From a bacterium (GTDB lineage: Bacteria; Patescibacteriota; Patescibacteriia; Patescibacteriales; XYC2-FULL-47-12): a DNA stretch of 64,000 nt. A program made the position numbers and the translations under genes. The notes beneath the pieces were generated by a model. The model was not told the DNA's origin, did not search any database, and saw only the letters and a program-made list of their open reading frames with translations. The stretch covers positions 1-64,000 of the forward strand of contig JAUYLZ010000022.1 in the NCBI GenBank assembly GCA_030698385.1, written 5' to 3'. This document shows, one piece after another, positions 39,349 through 48,369 of this stretch (its first letter is position 1; each line of letters starts with the position of its first letter).

Positions 39349-39377
39349 CAATTTTAATTATTGATCTTAACATAACT
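39349..39377 (+). promoter_or_regulatory. Sigma70-like promoter (TTGACA-17-TAACAT) upstream of the tRNA cluster
   Basis: TTGACA 39349-39354, 17 nt spacer, TAACAT 39372-39377; the first tRNA begins at 39392. Confidence 0.4.
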
Positions 39378-39391
39378 ACATTGCAAACAAT

Positions 39392-39466
39392 CGGGATGTA
39401 GCTCAGTTGGCAGAGCGCTCGCTTAATGAAAGCGAATGGCCGCAGGTTCGAATCCTGTCATCTCGA
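39392..39466 (+). tRNA. tRNA with canonical arms but ambiguous anticodon loop (loop reads TAATGAA if the perfect 5-bp stem TCGCT/AGCGA is used)
   Basis: Acceptor CGGGATG/CATCTCG, D-arm GCTCAGTTGGCAGAGC, T-arm GCAGG-TTCGAAT-CCTGT. Two nt rather than one between D-arm and anticodon stem. Anticodon not assignable by eye. Confidence 0.55.
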
Positions 39467-39483
39467 ATTTATTTTAAAAAAAA

Positions 39484-39556
39484 TACGCGCGTAGCTCAGT
39501 TAGCAGAGCGTTTGCTTGGTAAGCAAAAGGTCACTGGTGCAAATCCAGTCGCGCGG
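39484..39556 (+). tRNA. tRNA-Thr (anticodon GGT)
   Basis: D-arm GCTCAGTTAGCAGAGC, anticodon arm TTTGC-TTGGTAA-GCAAA, T-arm ACTGG-TGCAAAT-CCAGT, acceptor ACGCGCG/CGCGCGG. T-loop has G at position 55 and A1:G72 is a mismatch. Confidence 0.65.
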
Positions 39557-39567
39557 TTTTCCCTGAG

Positions 39568-39639
39568 CTCTTTATACGGGTCCGTAGTTTAATTAAAACG
39601 CTTGCCTGATAAGCAAGAAATGTGGGTTCCAATCCCAAC
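39568..39639 (+). tRNA. tRNA-like sequence with Ile (GAT) anticodon arm; possibly degenerate
   Basis: Perfect anticodon arm CTTGC-CTGATAA-GCAAG and a TTCCAAT T-loop. D-loop is short (GTTT-AATTA-AAAC) and the acceptor and T stems contain mismatches. Confidence 0.35.
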
Positions 39640-39730
39640 GTGAGACCCGTCTCAAAATCCCCCTGTCTTTGGGGAAAGGACATACTACAAAAATCTGTTA
39701 ATTTCGTAACAGTGCGTAGTATGTCCTGTT

Positions 39731-40606
39731 TTATTTTATGCCAAATAGCGCCTGCGCGTTTTGCGTGGTTGCTTTGGCTACTGATTCAACGGTAATATTT
39801 TTTAATTCGGCGATTTTTTTAGCAACTTCAACAACATAGCTAGGTTCATTTCTTTTACCGCGCTGTGTCGCCGGCGCCATGAACGGTGAATCTGTTTCAA
39901 TCATAATTTTATTAAGCGGTACCTTGCGCAAGAGATCATCCCAGGAATTGTTAAAAGTGATTAAACCGGTAAAAGAAATTAAAAATCCAAGGTCAAAGTA
40001 CTGCCAAGCAAGTTCCCAGTCTCCGGAAAAACAATGCATCACGCCTTTCAAGGCGCCGCTACGGCTTGGTTTGCGGCTATAAAAATCTTTTATTAATTTC
40101 AACACGTCATCGTGAGCGTCTCGGCAATGAATTATTGCCGGCTTGCCAATGTCATTAGCCAGTTCAAGCTGTTGTAAAAAGGTAAACTGTTGCAGTTGCT
40201 GATTTTGCCGCACCTTTGTCTTATCTTCCGGCAAACCTGTCTGTCCGATAGGCAGATAGTGGTAATCCAAACCAATCTCCCCAATCGCCACAACCTTGCC
40301 GCTTTGCGCCAAGCGCTGATAACTGTCATAGTCGAAACGTTCGCCCTTCATTTTTATCTTTTTCCCTTCTTCTTCAAATTCAGAGTCCTGCAAGTGAACT
40401 GGATGCAGGCCAACTGCCGCGTAAACTCCGGCCTCATATTTCCTGGCAATCTCAACTGCGCGCTTGGAGCTCTTTAATTCGGTCGCCGGAATAATTAGAC
40501 TGATTTTTTGATCCAGCGCGCGCCGAATCACGGCATCCACGTCTTTGGTGTATGCCTGAAAATTCAGGTGGCAGTGAGTATCAATGAGTTGAAAGCCGTT
40601 AGCCAT
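39731..40606 (-). CDS. tatD: TatD-family metal-dependent hydrolase
   Basis: LIDTHCHLNF N-terminus and conserved His/Asp ligand spacing of TatD TIM-barrel hydrolases. Confidence 0.85.
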   Translation of the reverse strand: MANGFQLIDTHCHLNFQAYTKDVDAVIRRALDQKISLIIPATELKSSKRAVEIARKYEAGVYAAVGLHPVHLQDSEFEEEGKKIKMKGERFDYDSYQRLAQSGKVVAIGEIGLDYHYLPIGQTGLPEDKTKVRQNQQLQQFTFLQQLELANDIGKPAIIHCRDAHDDVLKLIKDFYSRKPSRSGALKGVMHCFSGDWELAWQYFDLGFLISFTGLITFNNSWDDLLRKVPLNKIMIETDSPFMAPATQRGKRNEPSYVVEVAKKIAELKNITVESVAKATTQNAQALFGIK

Positions 40607-40712
40607 GTCGCTTATTTAATGCTGTAAAAAATTTGATCTCTATATTAAAAACTATTATTTCAAATTTTTAATTTCAGATTGCAGATTGCGGTAATCATAA
40701 ATAATCATAAAT

Positions 40713-41351
40713 CTAAAATCTTAAATCATCAATTTTAAGGTCTCCTTGCCGTAAAATTTTAACCTCTCCGTCTCGCGCGTCAACAAAAGTAGAGCCCTTG
40801 GATTTTGGCAATTTCCCCGCGTCAATAATGTAGTCCGGCTGATATTTTTGATTTTTAAAATATTTAATAACTGTCGGCGCGTCAAGCGCCGAGGGCCGGC
40901 CGGATGGATTGGCGGAAGTTGAAGTAATCGGCTTTTTTAAACTTTTAGACAAAAACGTCGCGATTTCATTGCTCGAAATTCTCACGCCGCCGTCAAAACT
41001 TTTTTGATTGATGCTTTTTTTAAAAATCTTTTTGCCATGCTCGTTATAGTTCAAAACCAATGACAAAGGTCCTGGCAAATATTTTTTTATTAATTTTTTC
41101 GCCGCCGAATTAATGACAAAATAGGTCTTTAACATCGCCTGCGACGCCACAATCACCGGCAGGGGTTTATTAAACGAGCGTCCTTTGATTTGATAGACTT
41201 TTTTTACCGCTATGATATTGGTTGAATCACACCCCAAACCGTAAAATGTCTCTGTCGGATAAACAATAACTTTTCCCTGTTGTAAAAAATCAGCGAGTTG
41301 GCTGATTATCTCTTTATCAATTTTATTTTTGTCTATTTTTATTATTGTCAT
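40713..41351 (-). CDS. tsaC: L-threonylcarbamoyladenylate synthase (YrdC/TsaC family)
   Basis: VIVYPTETFYGLGCD and KGRSFNKPLPVIV motifs. Confidence 0.8.
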   Translation of the reverse strand: MTIIKIDKNKIDKEIISQLADFLQQGKVIVYPTETFYGLGCDSTNIIAVKKVYQIKGRSFNKPLPVIVASQAMLKTYFVINSAAKKLIKKYLPGPLSLVLNYNEHGKKIFKKSINQKSFDGGVRISSNEIATFLSKSLKKPITSTSANPSGRPSALDAPTVIKYFKNQKYQPDYIIDAGKLPKSKGSTFVDARDGEVKILRQGDLKIDDLRF

Positions 41352-41474
41352 AAAGCAAGTTTCAAACTTGTTTTGCGAGTAGCAAAATTGTTTGAAACTT
41401 ATGCTGCATGCTACTTTAGTATAATCAGTAAAAGTTTAAAACAGTTCGCCTCAGACGGCGAACAAGTTTTAAAC

Positions 41475-42011
41475 TTAAAGCAAAGAATGCAGTTCCCTCA
41501 ATACCTGCGGCAATAAGGGAGAAACGAATTCGCCGAACTTTAATAAAAAGGGCGCGATTTTAGCGTTTACTAAAAATTTGTCAAAAGAGAATCCGAGCGA
41601 GTAGCGGCTGGCAAAGTAAATTAAAATCCCCAGCATCGCGCCGCTCAAAAGAAATCCGAACAGCGCGCCGGCCGCCCGGTTGATCAGACCAAAGAATGGG
41701 ATAATGGCTAAAAAGTTAAAAAACTTGTCCAAAACCGCCACGCCAATGGAGATAATTTTTTGCGAAATAATCAGCAGTAACAAAAAACTAACGCCCAGAC
41801 CGACATTTTCATAACCGGCGTAAAGCGAGCGCGTCCATTCATATACCGTCATAAAATAGTGTCCAGCCACCCAAATGCCGACCAAAAAACCAACCAGCTC
41901 GCCAATCATGCGAATAATGCCTTTCAAAAAACCGTAAACGACAAAAACCAAAACAAAGACCAATAAAAAGGCGTCAAAAAAACTTAAATTTAATAAAGCC
42001 GCAATATTCAT
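41475..42011 (-). CDS. cvpA: CvpA-family membrane protein
   Basis: Four TM helices with CvpA-like spacing; 178 aa. Confidence 0.5.
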   Translation of the reverse strand: MNIAALLNLSFFDAFLLVFVLVFVVYGFLKGIIRMIGELVGFLVGIWVAGHYFMTVYEWTRSLYAGYENVGLGVSFLLLLIISQKIISIGVAVLDKFFNFLAIIPFFGLINRAAGALFGFLLSGAMLGILIYFASRYSLGFSFDKFLVNAKIAPFLLKFGEFVSPLLPQVLRELHSLL

Positions 42012-42090
42012 AAATTTTTCCTCCTCGTTATTATTTTACCCTTTTTTTCTTTTAAAATCAATTTATCCGGATGTTTAAAATTTGATTAAA

Positions 42091-42128
42091 GATCACAAAA
42101 TAAAAAATCCCCCAGATTCAAATAAAAG
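42091..42128 (-). terminator. Intrinsic terminator downstream of 42145-42474
   Basis: Minus strand: CCCCAGATTC-ttttatttg-GAATCTGGGG followed by GATTTTTTA. Confidence 0.6.
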
Positions 42129-42144
42129 AATCTGGGGTTACTAG

Positions 42145-42474
42145 TTACTGAGCAAAAATTGACGATGATGCTGAAATCACCATTGTCTGTGAATACATTT
42201 GATTAAATTCATTAATCAAAGCATTCATTTCTTCTCCATCATAATCTTTAAAAATATAAAAAAACATTTGTTGCGGATCCTTATATACGGAATATATAGT
42301 ATTGTTGATCCACCATGCATCCTTTATAGGGATAGGTTTTCCATCCCGAAAATCAAAAAAGGATTGTTGAAGTTTTGTAATATTTTCATTTGTGATTGCA
42401 GGAACAAAAAAAATAAAAGATATAATAATAAAAACTAACATAAAAAAACATCCAATCGCTATTTTTTCTTTCAT
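42145..42474 (-). CDS. Small membrane-anchored hypothetical protein
   Basis: N-terminal TM then ~80 aa soluble region; terminator hairpin 42091-42128 downstream. Confidence 0.45.
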   Translation of the reverse strand: MKEKIAIGCFFMLVFIIISFIFFVPAITNENITKLQQSFFDFRDGKPIPIKDAWWINNTIYSVYKDPQQMFFYIFKDYDGEEMNALINEFNQMYSQTMVISASSSIFAQ

Positions 42475-42626
42475 TTTGAAAGATCTCCTTCTGACTGAAA
42501 AAAATTAAATTTTTAAAGATAAAAGTATTCTATCATATAATTAAAAAAATGTCAATATTTTAATTTATTTTAGTTAAAATAAACATAAAAAATTCATAGT
42601 TACTTGTTTTTTAATCCGCCTACCAC

Positions 42627-43649
42627 TTAAGCGATCTTCTGTTCTGTAGAGTGAGTATTCGTGACTACATGCGCTCGCGCGTCCACCTCATAAGCCGTAT
42701 TGGTCGCTTCAAAGAAATTCACCAGCTGTTCAACATCGTTGGCGGTCGCCATCCACTTGGCCGGATTGGAGACATTGTAGTGCGGGTTAAAGCCGAGCTC
42801 TTCAAGACGCCGGTCAGCCATATATTTCACGTACTGGTTGATGTAATCGGCGTTCAAACCAAGAATACCGCGCGGCATCAGTTCTTTGTTGTAGCTAACT
42901 TCCAGTTCAACCGCGTCCAAAATCATCCGGTGAATTTCCGCGGTAAACGCTTCATCGGCGATTTCCGGGTGTTCATCTAAAACGGTCAAAATCAAATTAA
43001 TGCCAAACTTCAAATGCAGACTCTCGTCGCGCACCACCCAGTCAATCAACGAACCGAAGTTGCGCAGAAGTCCGCGCTGGCGAAATGACAACCCCACCAT
43101 AAAACCGGAGTAAAACCAAATGCCTTCCATAATAACATTGGTCGCGACCAAATTGCGGATGAAGTCACGCTTGCCCTCAACAGTATCAATATCCAGATTT
43201 ACTTCAGTCATACGCTTAAGATAGGTAATATTGTAATCTTCTTTTTTGCGCATGGTCTCGGTGGCGCGATGCGCTTTGAAAGCCTCCTCGCGGTTGATGG
43301 GAAAGGTTGACATCACATACTCAAAAGCGACCGAATGGTTCGCCTCCTCCCACATCTGCTTGGCCAAATACAAATGCGCCTCGGCGGCATTAATGTAGGG
43401 ATAGACGCCAAAGGCCAGGCATTTATTTACCAAAAGCTCGGCCGGATTGAAATAACTCATGAAAAAAGTCACGGCGTGCCGCTCCTCGTCCGTCATGCGA
43501 TTCCAATCGGCTAAATCTTCGCCAAGCTGAATTTCGTGCGGAAACCAGGTGTTGGACACGGCCTGGTCGTAAAGCTCCTTGGCCCAGGTATATTTAATTG
43601 GATATACCTGCAGGCCTTCGTGAATGTTTGTTTTTCCAACAATAGACAT
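42627..43649 (-). CDS. nrdB: Class I ribonucleotide reductase small (R2/beta) subunit
   Basis: Ferritin-like diiron carboxylate pattern (EANHSVAF ... EGIWFYSGF) and C-terminal tail. Confidence 0.85.
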   Translation of the reverse strand: MSIVGKTNIHEGLQVYPIKYTWAKELYDQAVSNTWFPHEIQLGEDLADWNRMTDEERHAVTFFMSYFNPAELLVNKCLAFGVYPYINAAEAHLYLAKQMWEEANHSVAFEYVMSTFPINREEAFKAHRATETMRKKEDYNITYLKRMTEVNLDIDTVEGKRDFIRNLVATNVIMEGIWFYSGFMVGLSFRQRGLLRNFGSLIDWVVRDESLHLKFGINLILTVLDEHPEIADEAFTAEIHRMILDAVELEVSYNKELMPRGILGLNADYINQYVKYMADRRLEELGFNPHYNVSNPAKWMATANDVEQLVNFFEATNTAYEVDARAHVVTNTHSTEQKIA

Positions 43650-43679
43650 AAATTTTATGTAAGTATGTTATATAATGCA

Positions 43680-43790
43680 AATCTACGAATGATATGCAAA
43701 TACCTCAAATTGCGAGCCATACAAATTTGCATAAAAAATATTTTGAAGTATTTGCATAAATTTGAGGATTTGCATTATATTTATCTTATT
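43680..43790. repeat. Intercistronic palindromic element containing ATGCAAAT-ACCTCAAATT and its inverted copy AATTTGAGGATTTGCAT (between nrdA and nrdB)
   Basis: ATGCAAAT at 43686-93 and 43704-11; 17-nt arm at 43704-43721 and its reverse complement at 43767-43783; further TTTGCAT copies in between. Confidence 0.7.
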
Positions 43791-46494
43791 GACACGAATC
43801 GCACTGCAACCGTTCAATCGGATCAATCGGACAAGCATCAACCGCTGGTTTAAGATTTACCGCATTTTTATCAGTATCACCAACTTTAACTGGACCGCTG
43901 TTGGCTAGCGCTGGCTCGGGAAACTTCCAAATAACTTCGCCTGGTTCACTGTTTTTTTCTTCAACCTGTGCTGTATTTTTATCTTTCATGATGTCGGCCA
44001 TTTGCGCCGCCACTGAAGCGACCGCCGGCTGCGGCTCTGCCGCCGGAATGCTAATCGGTCCAGCGGCTGCCGACTCTTCAGCGGCCGGCAGGGAAGCCGC
44101 TCCGGTAAAACCGCCTTTGAATCTGCCAAAACCGAAACTGCGGCCGCCGGCAATTTGTTCGGACTTGTTCACTCGCGAGGTACTCTGTTCGGCGGTATGG
44201 CGCTGTTTCATGTGCAGGTAATAAAAAGTTTTTAGCCCCTTATCCCAGCCATATTCATAAATACCCATGGTCTCTTCAATGTCGCGGGAAGTCAGATACA
44301 TATTGCGGCTAATCGCCTGGTCAATCCACTTCTGCGCCCGTGAAGCAACTTCAATAAACGCCTTTGGATCCAGCTGAAATGAAGTCTTATAGATATCTTT
44401 AATATGCTGCGGAATACTTTTAATATCGTTAATTTCTCCCTGACGCGATAAAATTTCTTCCTTTACCTCTTCCCAGAGATTCAACTTTTTCAGATCATTT
44501 ATTAAGTTGACATTCACTTCCAAAAACTTGCCGCGATTGGTCGCGCGCGCGAAGATATTGGAAAATTGCGGATCAATGCCGGGCGTGGTGCCAGCCACAA
44601 GACCAATATTGGCAGTTGGCGCAATCGCCATCAGCGTCGCGTTACGCATGCCTTTTTTTACCTTCTGGCGCAGCGCGTCCCAATTTAAGTTTATGCCCCG
44701 ATTTATTTTTATCTCAACGCCGCGGTCTTTTTCCAAAATATCTATAGTATCAATTGGGACAAGCCCCTCACTCCAGCGTGAACCAGTGAAGTTAGGGTAA
44801 CTGCCACGCTCCTGCGCCAAGTCTGCTGAAGTATCAATAGCCACATAACTGACAAACTCCATGATTTTATCAATTAAATTATAAGCGTCCGCGCTATCGT
44901 AGGCAATGCTTTTCCGCTGGATAATATCGGTAAACCCCATAATGCCAAGGCCGATCGCCCGGTTGTTCTTGTCTGAATTTTGCGTTTCCGGAATAGGCGA
45001 TTTATTCACGTCCAATAAATTATCCAGTTGCCGAATGGCCGTACGTACGCTTTCTTCCATTAGCGCCCAGTCAATTTCATCGCTATCGGCGAAATGCTGG
45101 GATAAATTTATCGAGGCCAAATTGCAAACAGCGATATTATTTTTATCCTGCGGCAGACAAATCTCCGTGCAAAGGTTGGAAAGATGAATTGTGCCGGTGT
45201 TGTTATTTAAGGCGCGCACGTTGATTGAATCCTTGAAAGTAATCCACGGATGCGAGGCTGTCTGCAGCATAATCATAATTGATTTAAACTGCTCGCGCGC
45301 TTTTATTTTTTTGAACATATTTAACTTCCCGGCTTCGGCTTTGCGTACATACTCATTATACGCGGCGGAAAACGCAGCGCCATAGAGTTCATTAAGATCA
45401 GCTGTCTCGGCCGGATCAAACAGATACCAGTCATCATTGTTTTTTACCCGCTTCATAAATTCATCCGATATATACACAGATGTATTGGCGGTGCGCGTGC
45501 GGCGGTACTCATCGCCGGCGTTTTGCTTCAGGTCCAAAAACTCAGCAAAATTGTAGTGCCAGTTCTCCATATAAAAACACAGCGCTCCCATCTTTTTCCC
45601 GGCGCGCGAAACCGCGCGCAAGGTTGAGTCAATCGTGTGCATGAAGGGGATTGGCCCGGAAGAAAAAGTATTGTTGGAGCGAACCGGCGACCCTTCCGCG
45701 CGTAATTTTGTTACGGACAGGCCGATGCCGCCGGTTGCCTTGGTTAGCTTCATCACGTCCGAAACGGTTTTGGCGATATGATCGATATTGTCCTGCATTT
45801 CCATCACATAGCAGTTGCTCATCTGCGGCAGGCGCGTGCCGGCATTCACGTTCGTTGATCCGCCGGAAATGTAATGCAGCTGCGAGAGCTTGTTATAAAA
45901 ATTAATTGCCCATTTCGTTGGATTCTGCTCCGGCAGAGCAAGCCCCATGGCAATGCGCATCCAGGTATACTGCGGCAGTTCCAGCAACTCCTGTTTTTCA
46001 CCGCGAATGGCATAGCGTTTTAAAATTGTCGTCAAACCGATATAACGGAACAGTTCATCGCGCTGCGGTTTTAACGCGCTCGCCAGCAGTTCCAAATCGT
46101 ATATACCCGTAAAACGTTTATCCAAAATACCATTTAACGATTTATTTTTGATATAACTGATAAAGTTGCTCCGATGCAGATCAATAAACTCTTCATTGGA
46201 ATTAAAATCACCCAGCACTTTTTTATAATTTGTTTTGAGCAGTAGGCGAGTGGCCGCTTTGTCATAATCAGGGTCATCTTTGATATTTTGCACGGCCGCT
46301 GAAATTGTTGCCTGGTCAAGGTCTTCGGTGGTAATGCCATTATACAGCGTCAGTTCGGTTTCACTGGCGATTTGCGTAACCATACTGATAGGGTCATTCA
46401 AACCAACGCAGGCGCGCTCAATTGAACGATTAATCTTGTCAGCGTCATAAGGCTCCATGGAACCATCGCGGTGTTTAATCATTATATTTGTCAT
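43786..46494 (-). CDS. nrdA: Class I ribonucleotide reductase large (alpha) subunit with N-terminal ATP-cone
   Basis: ATP-cone MIKHRDGSMEPYDADKINRSIERA and catalytic core with NLCTEI and GLGIMGF motifs. Confidence 0.9.
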   Translation of the reverse strand: MTNIMIKHRDGSMEPYDADKINRSIERACVGLNDPISMVTQIASETELTLYNGITTEDLDQATISAAVQNIKDDPDYDKAATRLLLKTNYKKVLGDFNSNEEFIDLHRSNFISYIKNKSLNGILDKRFTGIYDLELLASALKPQRDELFRYIGLTTILKRYAIRGEKQELLELPQYTWMRIAMGLALPEQNPTKWAINFYNKLSQLHYISGGSTNVNAGTRLPQMSNCYVMEMQDNIDHIAKTVSDVMKLTKATGGIGLSVTKLRAEGSPVRSNNTFSSGPIPFMHTIDSTLRAVSRAGKKMGALCFYMENWHYNFAEFLDLKQNAGDEYRRTRTANTSVYISDEFMKRVKNNDDWYLFDPAETADLNELYGAAFSAAYNEYVRKAEAGKLNMFKKIKAREQFKSIMIMLQTASHPWITFKDSINVRALNNNTGTIHLSNLCTEICLPQDKNNIAVCNLASINLSQHFADSDEIDWALMEESVRTAIRQLDNLLDVNKSPIPETQNSDKNNRAIGLGIMGFTDIIQRKSIAYDSADAYNLIDKIMEFVSYVAIDTSADLAQERGSYPNFTGSRWSEGLVPIDTIDILEKDRGVEIKINRGINLNWDALRQKVKKGMRNATLMAIAPTANIGLVAGTTPGIDPQFSNIFARATNRGKFLEVNVNLINDLKKLNLWEEVKEEILSRQGEINDIKSIPQHIKDIYKTSFQLDPKAFIEVASRAQKWIDQAISRNMYLTSRDIEETMGIYEYGWDKGLKTFYYLHMKQRHTAEQSTSRVNKSEQIAGGRSFGFGRFKGGFTGAASLPAAEESAAAGPISIPAAEPQPAVASVAAQMADIMKDKNTAQVEEKNSEPGEVIWKFPEPALANSGPVKVGDTDKNAVNLKPAVDACPIDPIERLQCDSCQ

Positions 46495-46704
46495 GGGGGT
46501 AACAATTAGTAAAAAAAATTTTATTTGAGCAGGGAAGTGAAGAGTAGAAAAAAACCAATAACTATTTCAAACTTTCAAATAAATTTAAAAATAATGTACT
46601 GACGCAAAAAATACTATATATTGTGGGTGAATTTAAATTATACCACAACATAAAAGCTCCGCCTATTAGCGGAACTTTAGCCTAACAAAAAAGTTATCCA
46701 CACC

Positions 46705-46935
46705 CTACTTTAAATTAAAAAACCATGCGAAAAGTATGAGATGCAATCCATAACCGATTAAGAGAAAAAAAACACCAGTTATCCCCACTATCCTTTCCCT
46801 TCTCATTTCTCTCAAAACAATGTTATCAACTTTGTGCTCATTCAAAAAACGATGATGAACTCGCAAAGCGGCAAAAGCTATCATCACCGTGCCAATTACT
46901 TCAAATGTCGCTGACAACATCTCCAAATATTCCAT
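46705..46935 (-). CDS. Small two-TM membrane protein, hypothetical
   Basis: Two hydrophobic helices; 4 nt from the tal stop. Confidence 0.4.
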   Translation of the reverse strand: MEYLEMLSATFEVIGTVMIAFAALRVHHRFLNEHKVDNIVLREMRRERIVGITGVFFLLIGYGLHLILFAWFFNLK

Positions 46936-46939
46936 ATGA

Positions 46940-47803
46940 TTATTTTATTAAATTATTCCAGTCTTGCGCGAACTTCGCGATTCCCTGTTCGGTAAGTTCA
47001 TGTTTTAAATTAAACTCATCCCACGATTTTTCTAAATTTAAACTCTGGTAATTAATCGCTGTTAGTCCCCTGCTGTTATAAATAAAATCATCAGCCGGCG
47101 CGAGCAAGCCCTGCTCAGCCCATTCTTGCAAAATTTTTAACGGCGCGGTGATGATATCGCTTTTTATTTTGAGCGCGGCGTTAAAATGATCCAAATTGCG
47201 CACGCTCGCGGTTAGCACTTCAACATGTCCATCACTGGTTTTATACATTTGTAAAATATTTTTTATCAAATCCAGGCCATTCTCGCCGCGGTCATCCAGC
47301 CGGCCGATGAAGGGTGAAACAAAAACATCGCCTTTTTTCGCTCCCCTAGTTGCCGCATAAACTGCGGCTGCCTGTTCTTGGGAAAAACACAAAGTTAAAT
47401 TTACTTTTATACCGTCCGCGATAAATTTTTCAGCAGTCTCCAATCCGGCCGTTGTCGTTGGCAGTTTTATGTGCGCGTTGGGAATCCAGGTGTTCATCTC
47501 CCTGCCCTGCTTAAGCATTTGTTCCGCCGTCGTATTTGCGTCAGCATAAACTTCAACCGAAATTGAACCGTTGGGAATCAGCCCGGACAGCTCGGTAACG
47601 ACTTTTTTATAATACTCGTACACTTCAGTTTCAGAAAACTTCTCTCCGCGCGCCAGTCGCTCTTGCGCGTCCGGACTTTTCGCGATTAATGATGGGTTAG
47701 TCGTCTGGCCGTCCAAAAAGCCGAGGAGCTTAATTGCTTCTTTAGTTTCGGCAATGTCGCCGGAGTCAAGGAAGATTTTGGTTCTTAAACGTTGGAGAAT
47801 CAT
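46940..47803 (-). CDS. tal: Transaldolase
   Basis: KIFLDSGDIAETKEAIKLLGFLDGQTTNPSLIAKS N-terminus and Schiff-base Lys region. Confidence 0.8.
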   Translation of the reverse strand: MILQRLRTKIFLDSGDIAETKEAIKLLGFLDGQTTNPSLIAKSPDAQERLARGEKFSETEVYEYYKKVVTELSGLIPNGSISVEVYADANTTAEQMLKQGREMNTWIPNAHIKLPTTTAGLETAEKFIADGIKVNLTLCFSQEQAAAVYAATRGAKKGDVFVSPFIGRLDDRGENGLDLIKNILQMYKTSDGHVEVLTASVRNLDHFNAALKIKSDIITAPLKILQEWAEQGLLAPADDFIYNSRGLTAINYQSLNLEKSWDEFNLKHELTEQGIAKFAQDWNNLIK

Positions 47804-47813
47804 GAATAAAGAA

Positions 47814-48203
47814 TTAGGAATTATGAATAAAACGATTGGTTTGCTTTATCAGGCCGTTTGTGATTTTGTGAACTTTTATTGATTGCTGAGCGAGTTCGTT
47901 AAATACCTCAAGCGTCAAATAGCCTACATCCCGCGCAATTAATAATTGATTTTGTAACTCTGTTACTGACCCAAGGGATATAAAATAAAAATGTAATTTT
48001 TCTTTATACGAATAGCGGCTAAATCCTTCAGCAATGTTAGAAGTGATAGATACCGCACACCTTCTCGTTTGACTAGTTAAACCAAACAACTCTTCTTTGG
48101 GAAAAGATTTGGTAATGACATAAACGCGTAATACTAACTTGTGTCCCTCTTTCCATGCGTCTAAATCAGTAAACGAAACGATTTTACCTGATTCCTGATT
48201 CAT
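47814..48203 (-). CDS. Four-helix-bundle protein (23S rRNA IVS protein / DGR Avd-like family)
   Basis: KEELFGLTSQTRRCAVSITSNIAEGFSRYSYKEKLHFYFISLGSVTELQNQLLIA matches the TIGR02436-type four-helix-bundle pattern. Confidence 0.75.
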   Translation of the reverse strand: MNQESGKIVSFTDLDAWKEGHKLVLRVYVITKSFPKEELFGLTSQTRRCAVSITSNIAEGFSRYSYKEKLHFYFISLGSVTELQNQLLIARDVGYLTLEVFNELAQQSIKVHKITNGLIKQTNRFIHNS

Positions 48204-48215
48204 ATATCATCATTC

Positions 48216-48330
48216 ATCTCACAATCTCCTTCCCCTCATGATACTCAATCGGATGCTCTTGGGTTTCGGTAATGTCGCCGCTGTCTAAAAATATTTTGGT
48301 TGTTATATATTCTGGCCTCATAATACGACG
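48216..48330 (-). pseudogene. Chimeric gene fragment: transaldolase 5' end fused to the LOG-gene 3' end repeat
   Basis: Minus-strand translation MRPEYITTKIFLDSGDITETQEHPIEYHEGKEIV: the first part matches the tal N-terminus, the second part matches the LOG C-terminus RPIEYHDGQEIMK. The DNA resembles tal positions 47740-47803. Confidence 0.5.
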
Positions 48331-48369
48331 TTTAACATTTTATCGTACAAAATAAAACTCATTACTACA

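Noticed and set aside
39407-39592. 61-codon ORF across the tRNA cluster
   Set aside because: It overlaps two well-formed tRNA genes and has no SD, so it is spurious.
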